Positions 1 to 7,949 of a stretch of 64,000 bases of DNA are shown piece by piece. Each line of letters starts with the position of its first letter. Positions within the stretch are counted from its first letter, which is position 1. The position numbers and the translations under genes are program-made. Below the pieces are notes generated by a model, which made no database searches, was not told the DNA's origin, and saw nothing but the letters and a program-made list of their open reading frames with translations. The DNA comes from Alphaproteobacteria bacterium (GTDB taxonomy: Bacteria > Pseudomonadota > Alphaproteobacteria > Rs-D84), in assembly GCA_031555055.1 (NCBI GenBank), contig JAVBUT010000006.1, forward strand, positions 3,886 through 67,885. The letters run 5' to 3'.

Positions 1-2654
1 ATCTTCATCCCCAAACCGTATTCGGCATTATCTTCGAATAACGAATTCGACCAAGCCGGCCCGCGGCCCGCCGAATCCGTGGTCCATGGCGTCGTCGGCA
101 GATTCGCGCCATAGATCGAAGAACATCCTGTCGCGTTTGCAACAACCATGCGGTCACCGAACAAATGCGACAGCATTTTTATATAAGGCGTTTCGCCGCA
201 CCCCGCGCACGCGCCCGGGAATTCGAAATAGTGCGGCAATAATTCCAAGTGTTTCGGAATGTTCAGATTCAATTTTTCGCGCGGAAATTCCGGCAACTTT
301 ACCGCGGCGTCAAACGCGGCCTGCTGGGTCGGGACATCCGTCGCCGGAACCAGCGACAGCGCTTTGACCGGGCAATTCTTTACGCAAACATAACATCCCG
401 TGCAATCCGCCGGCGATATGTTCAAAGTGAAATCCAAATCCGGCCCCAATTCAGGCGTCTTCATCGGTACGAATTTGATTCCTGATTCCTGATTCCTGAT
501 TTCTTTATTCACAACATTCTGGCGTATCGCCGCATGCGGGCACAGCATCGAACACTTGCCGCATTGAATGCATTTTTCCAAATCGACGGTCGCGACTTTT
601 TCGGATATTGCACGCTTTTCATATTTCGCAGTGCCGACAGGATATTGCCCGTATGTGATTTCCGATTTGTCTGCAAACACACTTACCGGCAACTTGTCGC
701 CACGGCCTGCGGCGATTTCGCCCAGCGTTCTTGCGATCGCGCTTGGCGCGTCCGCCGTCATCGCCGGGATAAAATCAGGCGCAAAGTTTGACGGCGACGT
801 CGGCAATTCGTACCGGTGTAAATATTCCGCCGCACGATCAACCGCGTTCCAGTTTGCCTGGACGACATCCATCCCTTTTTTGCTGTATGTTTTTTCAATA
901 GCAGCCTTGGCGTCGTTCGCGGCGATTTTCGGATCGATAACCTGGGTCAGATTAAAAAAGTTCAGCATGATAAACGTGTTGATACGGTTGCCTAATCCCA
1001 ACTCGGACGCTGCACGATTCGCGTCCAAGAAATATACATTCGCGCGCAGACGTATCAGATGTTCCTGGACCGATTTAGGCAGATTCGCAAACGCGACATC
1101 CGGCGCCATCGACGTATTGATCATGACCGTACCATTCGGCGTCAGTGCGTCGAATACATCGAATCGCTGGGCAATCATAAAGTTCGATACGGAAATAAAA
1201 TCAGCGGATTCGACCAGATACTGCGCCTGGATCGGACGATCCCAAAAGCGCAGGTGCGACGCGGTCAGACCGCCGGACTTTTTGCTGTCGTAAACCGCAT
1301 AAGACTGGGGATACAGATCGGTATTGTCGCCGATGATTTTAACAATATTTTTTACCGCGCCGACCGTGCCGTCAGACCCGATACCGTACATCAGCATTGC
1401 GCGCGGATTGCCCGCGGACGGTTCGATACGGAATGCCGGATCGGTTTCCAGCGACAGGTTTGTCAGATCATCTTCTATACCGACGGTAAAGTTATGGCGC
1501 AGTGTTCCCATGATTAGATTTTCAGCAACCGCCTTGACATCACGCGGTTTGAATTCTTTGGACCCCAGACCATATCGACCGCCAAAAATTTCAATTCCGC
1601 AACCAACAACTGTTTTTACATCCATATACAATGGCTCGCCGATTGCGCCAGGTTCTTTGGTACGATCCAGAACGGCAATTCGCTTTGCAGATTTCGGCAA
1701 CGCGGCCAAGAACGCTTCGGTTGGGAACGGCCGGTACAAATGAACCTTGACCAGACCGATACCTTTTGGCAAATGCGGCAGTGTTTCTTCGATCGTTTCG
1801 CATGCCGATCCCATGCATACGATTATGTTTTCGGCCGCAGCATCACCGACATAGTCAACCAGGTTATATTCGCGCCCGGTCAGTTTTGCGAATTCGTCCA
1901 TGACCGTCTGAACAATTTTCGGGGTGGCATCGTACAGCGCATTGGCGGCTTCGCGTCCTTGGAAATATACGTCCGGATTCTGTGCGGTACCGCGTACAGT
2001 CGGCGATTCCGGCGTCATTCCGCGCGCGCGGTATTTCAGCAGTTCGGAATCCGGAATCAACGCGCGCAAAGTTTCGTCCGAAACACGTGTCAGACGCGAT
2101 TCTTCGTGGCTGGTGCGGAAACCGTCAAAGAAATGCAAAAACGGAACGCGCGATCGCAGCGTTGCCGCATGCGCGATCGCGGCCATGTCGCCCGCCTGTT
2201 GCACGTTGTGCGAAGACAGCAATGCAAACCCGGTCTGGCGCACGGACATAACGTCGGAATGGTCGCCGAATATCGACAGCGCGTGTGTTGCCAGTGCGCG
2301 CGCAGCAACATGCATAACGAACGGCGTCTGTTCGCCCGCGATTTTATACATGTTCGGAATCATCAATAACAATCCCTGGGACGCCGTAAAAGTCGTGGAC
2401 ATCGATCCCATCTGCAACGCGCCGTGCATTGCGCCGGCGGCGCCGGCTTCGGATTGCATTTCGATGATCGACGGAATTGCGCCCCAGATGTTTTTTTTGT
2501 GCTGGAACGCCCATTCATCGGCCAGCTCGCCCATGGTTGAAGACGGCGTTATCGGATATATCGCGGCGAATTCACTGCAGCGGTACGCAACATCCGCCGC
2601 GGCCCAGTTCCCATCCGTGATAATTCCCCTGATTTGTTCTGTTACTTTTGACAT
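1..2654 (-). CDS. nifJ: pyruvate:ferredoxin (flavodoxin) oxidoreductase, N-terminal ~884 codons; 3' end lies beyond the left edge
   Basis: Minus-strand frame is open from ATG at 2654 to base 1. It is absent from the ORF track because no stop lies in the window. My translation starts MSKVTEQIRGIITDGNWAAADVAYRCSEFAAIYPITPSSTMGE..EMQSEAGAAGAMHGAL..TTFTASQGLLLMIPNMYKIAGE..FFDGFRTSHE. It contains EKCIQCGKCSMLCPH (4Fe-4S) around 534-578 and PAWSNSLFEDNAEYGLGM at the edge. These are hallmark PFOR motifs. Confidence 0.93.
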   Translation of the reverse strand, partial: MSKVTEQIRGIITDGNWAAADVAYRCSEFAAIYPITPSSTMGELADEWAFQHKKNIWGAIPSIIEMQSEAGAAGAMHGALQMGSMSTTFTASQGLLLMIPNMYKIAGEQTPFVMHVAARALATHALSIFGDHSDVMSVRQTGFALLSSHNVQQAGDMAAIAHAATLRSRVPFLHFFDGFRTSHEESRLTRVSDETLRALIPDSELLKYRARGMTPESPTVRGTAQNPDVYFQGREAANALYDATPKIVQTVMDEFAKLTGREYNLVDYVGDAAAENIIVCMGSACETIEETLPHLPKGIGLVKVHLYRPFPTEAFLAALPKSAKRIAVLDRTKEPGAIGEPLYMDVKTVVGCGIEIFGGRYGLGSKEFKPRDVKAVAENLIMGTLRHNFTVGIEDDLTNLSLETDPAFRIEPSAGNPRAMLMYGIGSDGTVGAVKNIVKIIGDNTDLYPQSYAVYDSKKSGGLTASHLRFWDRPIQAQYLVESADFISVSNFMIAQRFDVFDALTPNGTVMINTSMAPDVAFANLPKSVQEHLIRLRANVYFLDANRAASELGLGNRINTFIMLNFFNLTQVIDPKIAANDAKAAIEKTYSKKGMDVVQANWNAVDRAAEYLHRYELPTSPSNFAPDFIPAMTADAPSAIARTLGEIAAGRGDKLPVSVFADKSEITYGQYPVGTAKYEKRAISEKVATVDLEKCIQCGKCSMLCPHAAIRQNVVNKEIRNQESGIKFVPMKTPELGPDLDFTLNISPADCTGCYVCVKNCPVKALSLVPATDVPTQQAAFDAAVKLPEFPREKLNLNIPKHLELLPHYFEFPGACAGCGETPYIKMLSHLFGDRMVVANATGCSSIYGANLPTTPWTTDSAGRGPAWSNSLFEDNAEYGLGMK
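481..503. repeat. three heptamer units (CTGATTC/GAATCAG family) inside the nifJ CDS
   Basis: CCTGATTCCTGATTCCTGATTTC translates in frame on the minus strand as ..KEIRNQESGI... 3 x 7 nt keeps the frame. Confidence 0.8.
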
Positions 2655-2809
2655 GTCGATTTTCCTTATCTTTCTTATCTTTATAGGGGGTCAAGCCATC
2701 CCCGTCGCGCGATACCGGCGCCGATACCCATCCGCATGCGATAAATTTAATTTCGCACAAGGCCAATATTACCGATTTCCACCCCCCAAGGCAAGAATTA
2801 ATAAAATTA

Positions 2810-2838
2810 TTGACAAATTATTAATATAGTATTATTAT
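2810..2838 (+). promoter_or_regulatory. near-consensus promoter (TTGACA-N17-TATTAT) of the ClpP-like gene
   Basis: ATTATTGACAAATTATTAATATAGTATTATTATAAT read directly. Confidence 0.55.
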
Positions 2839-2858
2839 AATACAAAAAGAGGATAAAA

Positions 2859-3569
2859 ATGTTAAATTTTAATAACTCATCAGAAAACGCAGCTGTCAGC
2901 AACGGCAACAAGCCTGACACATGTTTTAATTATGTGGTTGATAATAACGTGTTTTTGTTTGATACAATTTATCCGGCAACAACAACTGCTGTTATCGGCG
3001 AAATGGCCAGATTGATTAAGATCGCAGCCACCCCGCAGAATAATTATTCCCAGGGCGAAGATAAAAATAGCAAGCCACAACCTGGTTTCGTTACACCAGT
3101 TTCCCCTTTTGATCAAAATGTAAATCTTAAATTGATTGATATAACTATCAATTCTACTGGCGGCAACACATATCAGCATCTGGCGTTTGCTCACCTGATT
3201 AATCTGGCTAAACACAATAATATTATTGTTCGCACCAATGTAACAGGTTTAGCGGCCAGCTGCGCCAGCCTGATTGCAATCCAAGGAACGCCAGAATATA
3301 GAATTATGAATGAGTATTCGCAACATATGGTTCATTTTGGCAAAGCATCACCAGCAGTAACGAAAGATTCAGAAATAGAAAAATCAATAAAAGAAATAAA
3401 AAAACATAAGAATCTTATAAGACAACCATATTTACAGCACACAAAGATCACACAGAAAGAGCTTTCGAAATTAATGAAAGACGAAATGGGGTTTTTGACC
3501 GCCCAGGAATGCCTGCGGTTGGGCTTTTGTGATTATGTTTTGACCAGCAACGGTTATCTGGAAAGATAA
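2859..3569 (+). CDS. divergent ClpP/S14-family serine protease paralog (AT-rich orphan gene)
   Basis: 236-aa ORF. INSTGGNTYQHLAFAHLI aligns to ClpP INSPGG..aIyD. VTGLAASCASLIAIQG aligns to GqAASMGafLLaaG (Ser position kept). QHMVHFG aligns to the imiHQP His region. FLTAQECLRLGFCDYVL aligns to the ClpP C-terminal eA..yGLiD.vl. Own TTGACA-N17-TATTAT promoter and AGAGGA RBS. Confidence 0.6.
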   Translation: MLNFNNSSENAAVSNGNKPDTCFNYVVDNNVFLFDTIYPATTTAVIGEMARLIKIAATPQNNYSQGEDKNSKPQPGFVTPVSPFDQNVNLKLIDITINSTGGNTYQHLAFAHLINLAKHNNIIVRTNVTGLAASCASLIAIQGTPEYRIMNEYSQHMVHFGKASPAVTKDSEIEKSIKEIKKHKNLIRQPYLQHTKITQKELSKLMKDEMGFLTAQECLRLGFCDYVLTSNGYLER

Positions 3570-3583
3570 CATCCGGAATATGC

Positions 3584-3606
3584 AGGGGCGAATATGATTC
3601 GCCCCT
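3584..3606. repeat. REP hairpin AGGGGCGAATATGATTCGCCCCT, also terminator-like (T-run follows)
   Basis: Perfect stem. Lies between the convergent ClpP-like and RAYT genes. Confidence 0.8.
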
Positions 3607-3613
3607 TTATTTT

Positions 3614-4204
3614 TTATTCAAGCCGTTCGTTAAACTCTTCAATTTGTTTTTGGTATAATACATCCGCATCCCAAGTTTGCGGATTCGTAAATATATACCC
3701 GCGGATATTTTCATAATCCGCCGTATCACGAATGATGTGTTCATAATAATTCCGTTGCCAGATCGAATGTCCGACTTGTTTTGATACCCCCGCCTTGAAC
3801 CCACGGATTACTGAACTTAAAGACCTGGAGTATCCATAAGCCTTGGGTGTAGGGGCAGGTATCACCTGCCCTGTCGGTTGCTGTGCAACCGATATGATCG
3901 GGCGGATGATATCCGCCCCTACGTTCACAGGCTCTATTAATTCGATAATAAAATGTATATGATTGGGCATCACTATAAACTCATGAATCTTCACCTGGTT
4001 ATCACAATATTTCGGTATATCGATTAACTTTTGGCGGACAATCTCGCCATATTTGTTCAATTGCATTTCGCCGTTAATAATTCGGCCGAATATACATTTT
4101 TTATCCAATGTGCAAATGGTTATAAAATACAAATCCGGTGACGAATAATCGTAACCGGATAAACGAATTGATCGACGATGGTGAACGGTTTTATCATATG
4201 GCAT
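3614..4204 (-). CDS. REP-associated tyrosine transposase (RAYT, IS200/IS605 Y1 family)
   Basis: N-terminus HHRRSIRLSGYDYSSPDLYFITICT. HUH motif in MPNHIHFIIEL. Catalytic Tyr region WQRNYYEHIIRD. Flanked on both sides by REP hairpins (3584-3606, 4229-4250). Confidence 0.85.
   Translation of the reverse strand: MPYDKTVHHRRSIRLSGYDYSSPDLYFITICTLDKKCIFGRIINGEMQLNKYGEIVRQKLIDIPKYCDNQVKIHEFIVMPNHIHFIIELIEPVNVGADIIRPIISVAQQPTGQVIPAPTPKAYGYSRSLSSVIRGFKAGVSKQVGHSIWQRNYYEHIIRDTADYENIRGYIFTNPQTWDADVLYQKQIEEFNERLE
3849..3922. repeat. inverted REP doublet inside the RAYT ORF
   Basis: GTAGGGGCAGGTATCACCTGCCC and GGGCGGATGATATCCGCCCCTAC flank a CGGTTGC-TGT-GCAACCG hairpin. Translated as ..NVGADIIRPIISVAQQPTGQVIPAPTP.. 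between the HUH and Tyr motifs. Confidence 0.8.
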
Positions 4205-4228
4205 GACGGGATTATATCACACAATATT

Positions 4229-4250
4229 GGGCGCGTTTCGGACTGCGCCC
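4229..4250. repeat. REP hairpin GGGCGCGTTTCGGACTGCGCCC
   Basis: The same variant recurs at 37841-37866 (opposite orientation) and 38014-38039. Confidence 0.8.
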
Positions 4251-4260
4251 ATACACGATT

Positions 4261-5724
4261 TTACTTTTTCTTGGTATCTTTTTTATCGTCTTTCTTTTCT
4301 TCTTTCTTGGGCGAATTTACATTCGCCCCTATGTCTTCTTTTTTATCTGTCGCGGAATCGTCTTTGGTGATTGGTTTTTTCTCGGCCATTTTTGCCATGG
4401 CGCGAACCATATCCATACCGCGTTGCAACTGATAATCCAATGCTTCTTTTTCTTCATCGGTCAATTTGGACCAGTCTTCATCATCGCTGTCCTTGTCTTT
4501 TTTCTTGTCGTCGCTGTCTTCGTTTTTCAGCGCGTTTTTAAATGTCGCTTCGGAATATGCGCTGTGCTTTTTCTCCAGCACTTCGACCTTGGACTGTAAT
4601 ACTTCGACGTCCGGCGTTATGCCTTCGCCCTGGATCGATTTGCCCGACGGAGTATAATATCGCGCGATTGTGATATGTATCGCGGTGCCATCCCCCAGCG
4701 GTTTTTGCTGTTGCACACTGCCCTTGCCGAAACTTTGCGATCCCATGACGATTCCGCGGTTGTTATCTTGGATCGCGCCGGCGACGATTTCAGACGCGGA
4801 TGCGGACCCATGATTGATCAGAACGACCACGGGTTTGCCATGCGCCAGATCGCCCGGCGTCGCGAACACACGATCAACGTCGTTTTTGTTTTTTCCGCGC
4901 GTCGATACGATTTCGCCACTGTCCAGAAAAGCGTCGGACACATCGATCGCCGCGGTCAGATACCCGCCCGGGTTATTTCGCACATCAACGACATAGCCGA
5001 TGACTTTCTTTTTTTCCAGCGCGTTTATCGCGTCGCGGATTTCTTTGGTTGTTGTCGCGCCGAAATCGGAAATGCGGATATAGCCGATTTTGCCGGCCCC
5101 AGACGAATCTTTGTCTGCATCTGGATCGCCTTTTTCCTCATACTTTACGGATTTGACTTTGATGATCGCGCGTTTCAGCGTCAGCGTGCGTGGCTCTTTC
5201 CCTTCGGTTATGACGGTCAGTTTCACTTTGGTTCCCGGCCGGCCCTTCATTTTCTTGACCGCCTGGTTCAGTGTCAGATCGAAAACCGGTTCGTCATCGA
5301 TATGCGTGATATAGTCGCCGGCCTTGATCCCAGCCTTTTCAGCCGGCGTATCGTCGATGGGCGAAATGACTTTCACGGCGCCCTGGTCACTGGTTATCTG
5401 AATCCCCAGCCCGCCGAATTCGCCGGTGGATTTATCGTTAAAGTCCTTGAAATCATCGGCCGGCAGATACGAAGAATGCGGGTCCAGTGCGCCCAGCATA
5501 CCGTTCATCGCCGCTTCCAGCATCTTTTTTTCGTCGGCTTCTTCGACAAAGCTGTCACGGGCGGTTTCAAACACCAGTGCCAGTTTTTTCAGTTCTTCGT
5601 AAATTTGGGCGTCGGTCAGATGCACGACCGGCTCTTCTTTTTTCTTTTTGTCAGGCGCGGCGAACCCAGCCATCGGCAAGGCCATCGCCAAAATCATCAA
5701 TATAACAAATATCTTTTTGAACAT
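4261..5724 (-). CDS. ctpA: carboxy-terminal processing protease (S41) with Lys/Asp-rich C-terminal tail
   Basis: Signal peptide MFKKIFVILMILAMALPMAGFA, starting at internal ATG 5724 with GGAAGG RBS. PDZ-like GIKAGDYITHIDDEPV. S41 Ser region INHGSASASEIVAGAIQD and SFGKGSVQ. Confidence 0.9.
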   Translation of the reverse strand: MFKKIFVILMILAMALPMAGFAAPDKKKKEEPVVHLTDAQIYEELKKLALVFETARDSFVEEADEKKMLEAAMNGMLGALDPHSSYLPADDFKDFNDKSTGEFGGLGIQITSDQGAVKVISPIDDTPAEKAGIKAGDYITHIDDEPVFDLTLNQAVKKMKGRPGTKVKLTVITEGKEPRTLTLKRAIIKVKSVKYEEKGDPDADKDSSGAGKIGYIRISDFGATTTKEIRDAINALEKKKVIGYVVDVRNNPGGYLTAAIDVSDAFLDSGEIVSTRGKNKNDVDRVFATPGDLAHGKPVVVLINHGSASASEIVAGAIQDNNRGIVMGSQSFGKGSVQQQKPLGDGTAIHITIARYYTPSGKSIQGEGITPDVEVLQSKVEVLEKKHSAYSEATFKNALKNEDSDDKKKDKDSDDEDWSKLTDEEKEALDYQLQRGMDMVRAMAKMAEKKPITKDDSATDKKEDIGANVNSPKKEEKKDDKKDTKKK

Positions 5725-5818
5725 ACTTTTCCCTTCCGTGTTTAAAACATCCAACCCGTTCAGCATAATCAATAATATAAATATTCGCAATTAAAAAATC
5801 CAGCATTTGCCGGATATT

Positions 5819-6754
5819 TTAATTGCCATATTGCCGTATAGTCTCTATCTGTAAATCACGTAACAATACAGGCAATGGTTTGATATTCCCACGTACATTA
5901 GAAATTTTAACAGGACAATATCGGTCAAATCCTATCATAATTCCTGCCGTGCCATCTGGACAATATTCCAAGCGTGTGATTCTTTTACGATATTCGCCAC
6001 ACTCTATATAATCTTTTAGATTAAGTATTTCTTTTCGACACGCCAGTCCGTTTTCGTTCGCACGTCCGGAATCTTGCAAAACCTCATTCACGCGACATTT
6101 ATAGATACCTATTCTATCCGGTATGCCATAATTGTTATATGTTATTTCTTGACCTATACCGATCGCCAGACGTTCAGCCAGTTTCAGCCTAGCATCATAC
6201 CCAGACATGGTAAAATTAACATCATTTGACAGTTTGCGGCGCTGGATTTCATTTACAATCAATATGCCATTTGACACACAATTGTTCGTAAATTTATTTA
6301 TACTAATATCGACACGAACGTTCGGAAATTTTTCAATATCTTTCATAAAGTTTGAAAATTCTGGTTTTTGTGCAATTGTCCCATTAGTTTTCAATGTAAT
6401 AAAAATACAATTTTTTTCCGCCGCACTAAATATTCTATTAAAATAATTCGGCTTTTTTTCATAGATTGTTAACGCTTCGCCACCGGACAAACAAATAGAA
6501 TTCGCAAAAATCATTTCTGTGGGAATATTGTTAATAGTATCGATCACATGCTTTACCTTGATATAATCCCGAGATTTATCCGGGCCAAATGCGCCGCCAC
6601 AATGTTTACATTTAAGATTGCAGAATTCCGTCAGTGTGAAATGCGCACTCCACACAGCACGTGCAAAGAATGTAGCAATTTCAAATTCATTTATTTTCCC
6701 AGACCCAGAATCGGAATCCGTTTTTATATTTCCTACAAACAAATCATCATGCAT
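5819..6754 (-). CDS. radical SAM protein, unknown subfamily (orphan, AT-rich)
   Basis: CNLKCKHC (CxxxCxxC) after FTLTEF. SGGEALT (GGE motif). ITLKTNGT. Extra C-terminal Cys residues. Paralogous to 10671-11630. Confidence 0.8.
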   Translation of the reverse strand: MHDDLFVGNIKTDSDSGSGKINEFEIATFFARAVWSAHFTLTEFCNLKCKHCGGAFGPDKSRDYIKVKHVIDTINNIPTEMIFANSICLSGGEALTIYEKKPNYFNRIFSAAEKNCIFITLKTNGTIAQKPEFSNFMKDIEKFPNVRVDISINKFTNNCVSNGILIVNEIQRRKLSNDVNFTMSGYDARLKLAERLAIGIGQEITYNNYGIPDRIGIYKCRVNEVLQDSGRANENGLACRKEILNLKDYIECGEYRKRITRLEYCPDGTAGIMIGFDRYCPVKISNVRGNIKPLPVLLRDLQIETIRQYGN

Positions 6755-6878
6755 ATAAACAATACCTTTTTTACAGCACGACTATGCTAATACACATCTT
6801 TATTTTGTCAAGCACAATAATATAAATTCTAAGATGAAAAAATCCAGTATTGATACCCGTCCAGAAAGCCAGGGAAAA

Positions 6879-7949
6879 TCACGGTTCTTTGAACAACCTT
6901 GCTGGATCGACGACTTTGCTGCCGCGGCGAACTTCCAGATACATTTCCGACTTGTCCGGATTCATGCGACCGACCGGTTCGCCAGCCAGAACTTCCTGGG
7001 CGATCATTACGTCTATTTCGCCCATATTTGTCATCACGGTATTGTATCCGTTCTTGTGCGACATGATTACCACACGGCCAAATCCCTTGAAACTGTCTGC
7101 GAATTTTACGACCCCGTCGGCCGGCGCCACGACCAGTGCGTCACCACGCGCGCGTATACGCCATCCGTCCGATTCCAGCCCCAGCGCGGTTTTCTCGCCA
7201 AAATGAACGACCAGACGCCCCTTGACCGGCGGATTCAGTTTTCGTGTAGAGAATTTAGGATCATCCGACATTTCCGAACTGCCGACGCCCGCGGACAGTT
7301 CCGAGATATTCTTTGCACGATCGGACAGTTCGCGCAATTTTTTCTGAACCGCATATTGTTGGTTTTTCAAAGTTTCATTCTGGGCCGATCGGCGGCGCAA
7401 CAGTTTGTCCAAATCTTTTTTCTCGGTCGCGTATTTTTTCGCGGTCCGGTCCAGCTTTTCTTTTTCGATCGCGCGTTTTTCGATTACTTGTTCCAGCTCT
7501 TTGATTTTCTTTGTAGCGTCCTGGATTTCCTCATCAAATTTTTGCGACGCACCCGACAGCACCGCAGATGTCAGAACATAATCGCGCATGTTTTCGGAAT
7601 CAAAGCTGGGGTGGCTGGAAATAAACAGGATTGTCGCGGCACTGTCGGCAATCCGTTCCCGGTTTTGGTTCAACGAAGACACCAGTCGGTCGCGCTGTTT
7701 GTCCAGCTCTGCAATTTTTTGGGCAACATCGCCGCGTTCAACTTCCAGATCACTGACTTTGTCCGCGGTACGAACCAGATCGTTTTTTGTGCGCTCTACA
7801 TCGCGTTCCGATGTTTTTACTTTTTCCTCTATTATCTTGCTTTGCTGTTCGGTTTTTTTTATCTGGGACTGGATCTGCGCCAGCTCGCTTGGTGCAGCAA
7901 CTGCTGTACCAATGAACAAAGACATAAAAACAAGCAAAACTTTTTTCAT
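6879..7949 (-). CDS. EnvC-like murein hydrolase activator (coiled coil plus degenerate LytM/M23 domain)
   Basis: True start MKKVLLVFMSLFIGTAVA at 7949, overlapping the upstream stop as TAATG. Long coiled coil. C-terminal LytM fold GFGRVVIMSHKNGYNTVMTNMGE, with MYLEVRRG where active M23 enzymes carry the HxH metal ligands. Confidence 0.8.
   Translation of the reverse strand: MKKVLLVFMSLFIGTAVAAPSELAQIQSQIKKTEQQSKIIEEKVKTSERDVERTKNDLVRTADKVSDLEVERGDVAQKIAELDKQRDRLVSSLNQNRERIADSAATILFISSHPSFDSENMRDYVLTSAVLSGASQKFDEEIQDATKKIKELEQVIEKRAIEKEKLDRTAKKYATEKKDLDKLLRRRSAQNETLKNQQYAVQKKLRELSDRAKNISELSAGVGSSEMSDDPKFSTRKLNPPVKGRLVVHFGEKTALGLESDGWRIRARGDALVVAPADGVVKFADSFKGFGRVVIMSHKNGYNTVMTNMGEIDVMIAQEVLAGEPVGRMNPDKSEMYLEVRRGSKVVDPARLFKEP

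Noticed and set aside
2738-2756. Imperfect palindrome GCGATAAATTTAATTTCGC upstream of nifJ as a regulator (Fnr or Rrf2-type) site.
   Set aside because: Single occurrence with imperfect half-sites and no match to a consensus I can cite.
86-2829. Series of plus-strand ORFs (for example 568-1293, 1740-2369, 1924-2829).
   Set aside because: They lie antisense to an uninterrupted minus-strand frame with unmistakable PFOR motifs. Their translations are Arg/Cys/Ser-rich, as is typical of antisense reading.
2859-4204. ClpP-like gene plus transposase as a prophage remnant.
   Set aside because: There are no capsid, portal, terminase or integrase genes. The transposase is a RAYT, not a phage function.
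4675-5745. 356-aa plus-strand ORF.
   Set aside because: Antisense to ctpA, with no motifs and shadow-ORF composition.
5819-6754. rSAM genes as prokaryotic viperins or RiPP maturases.
   Set aside because: They lack the viperin-type N- and C-terminal signatures I know. No adjacent precursor peptide, transporter or SPASM Cys cluster is visible. The question stays open rather than called.
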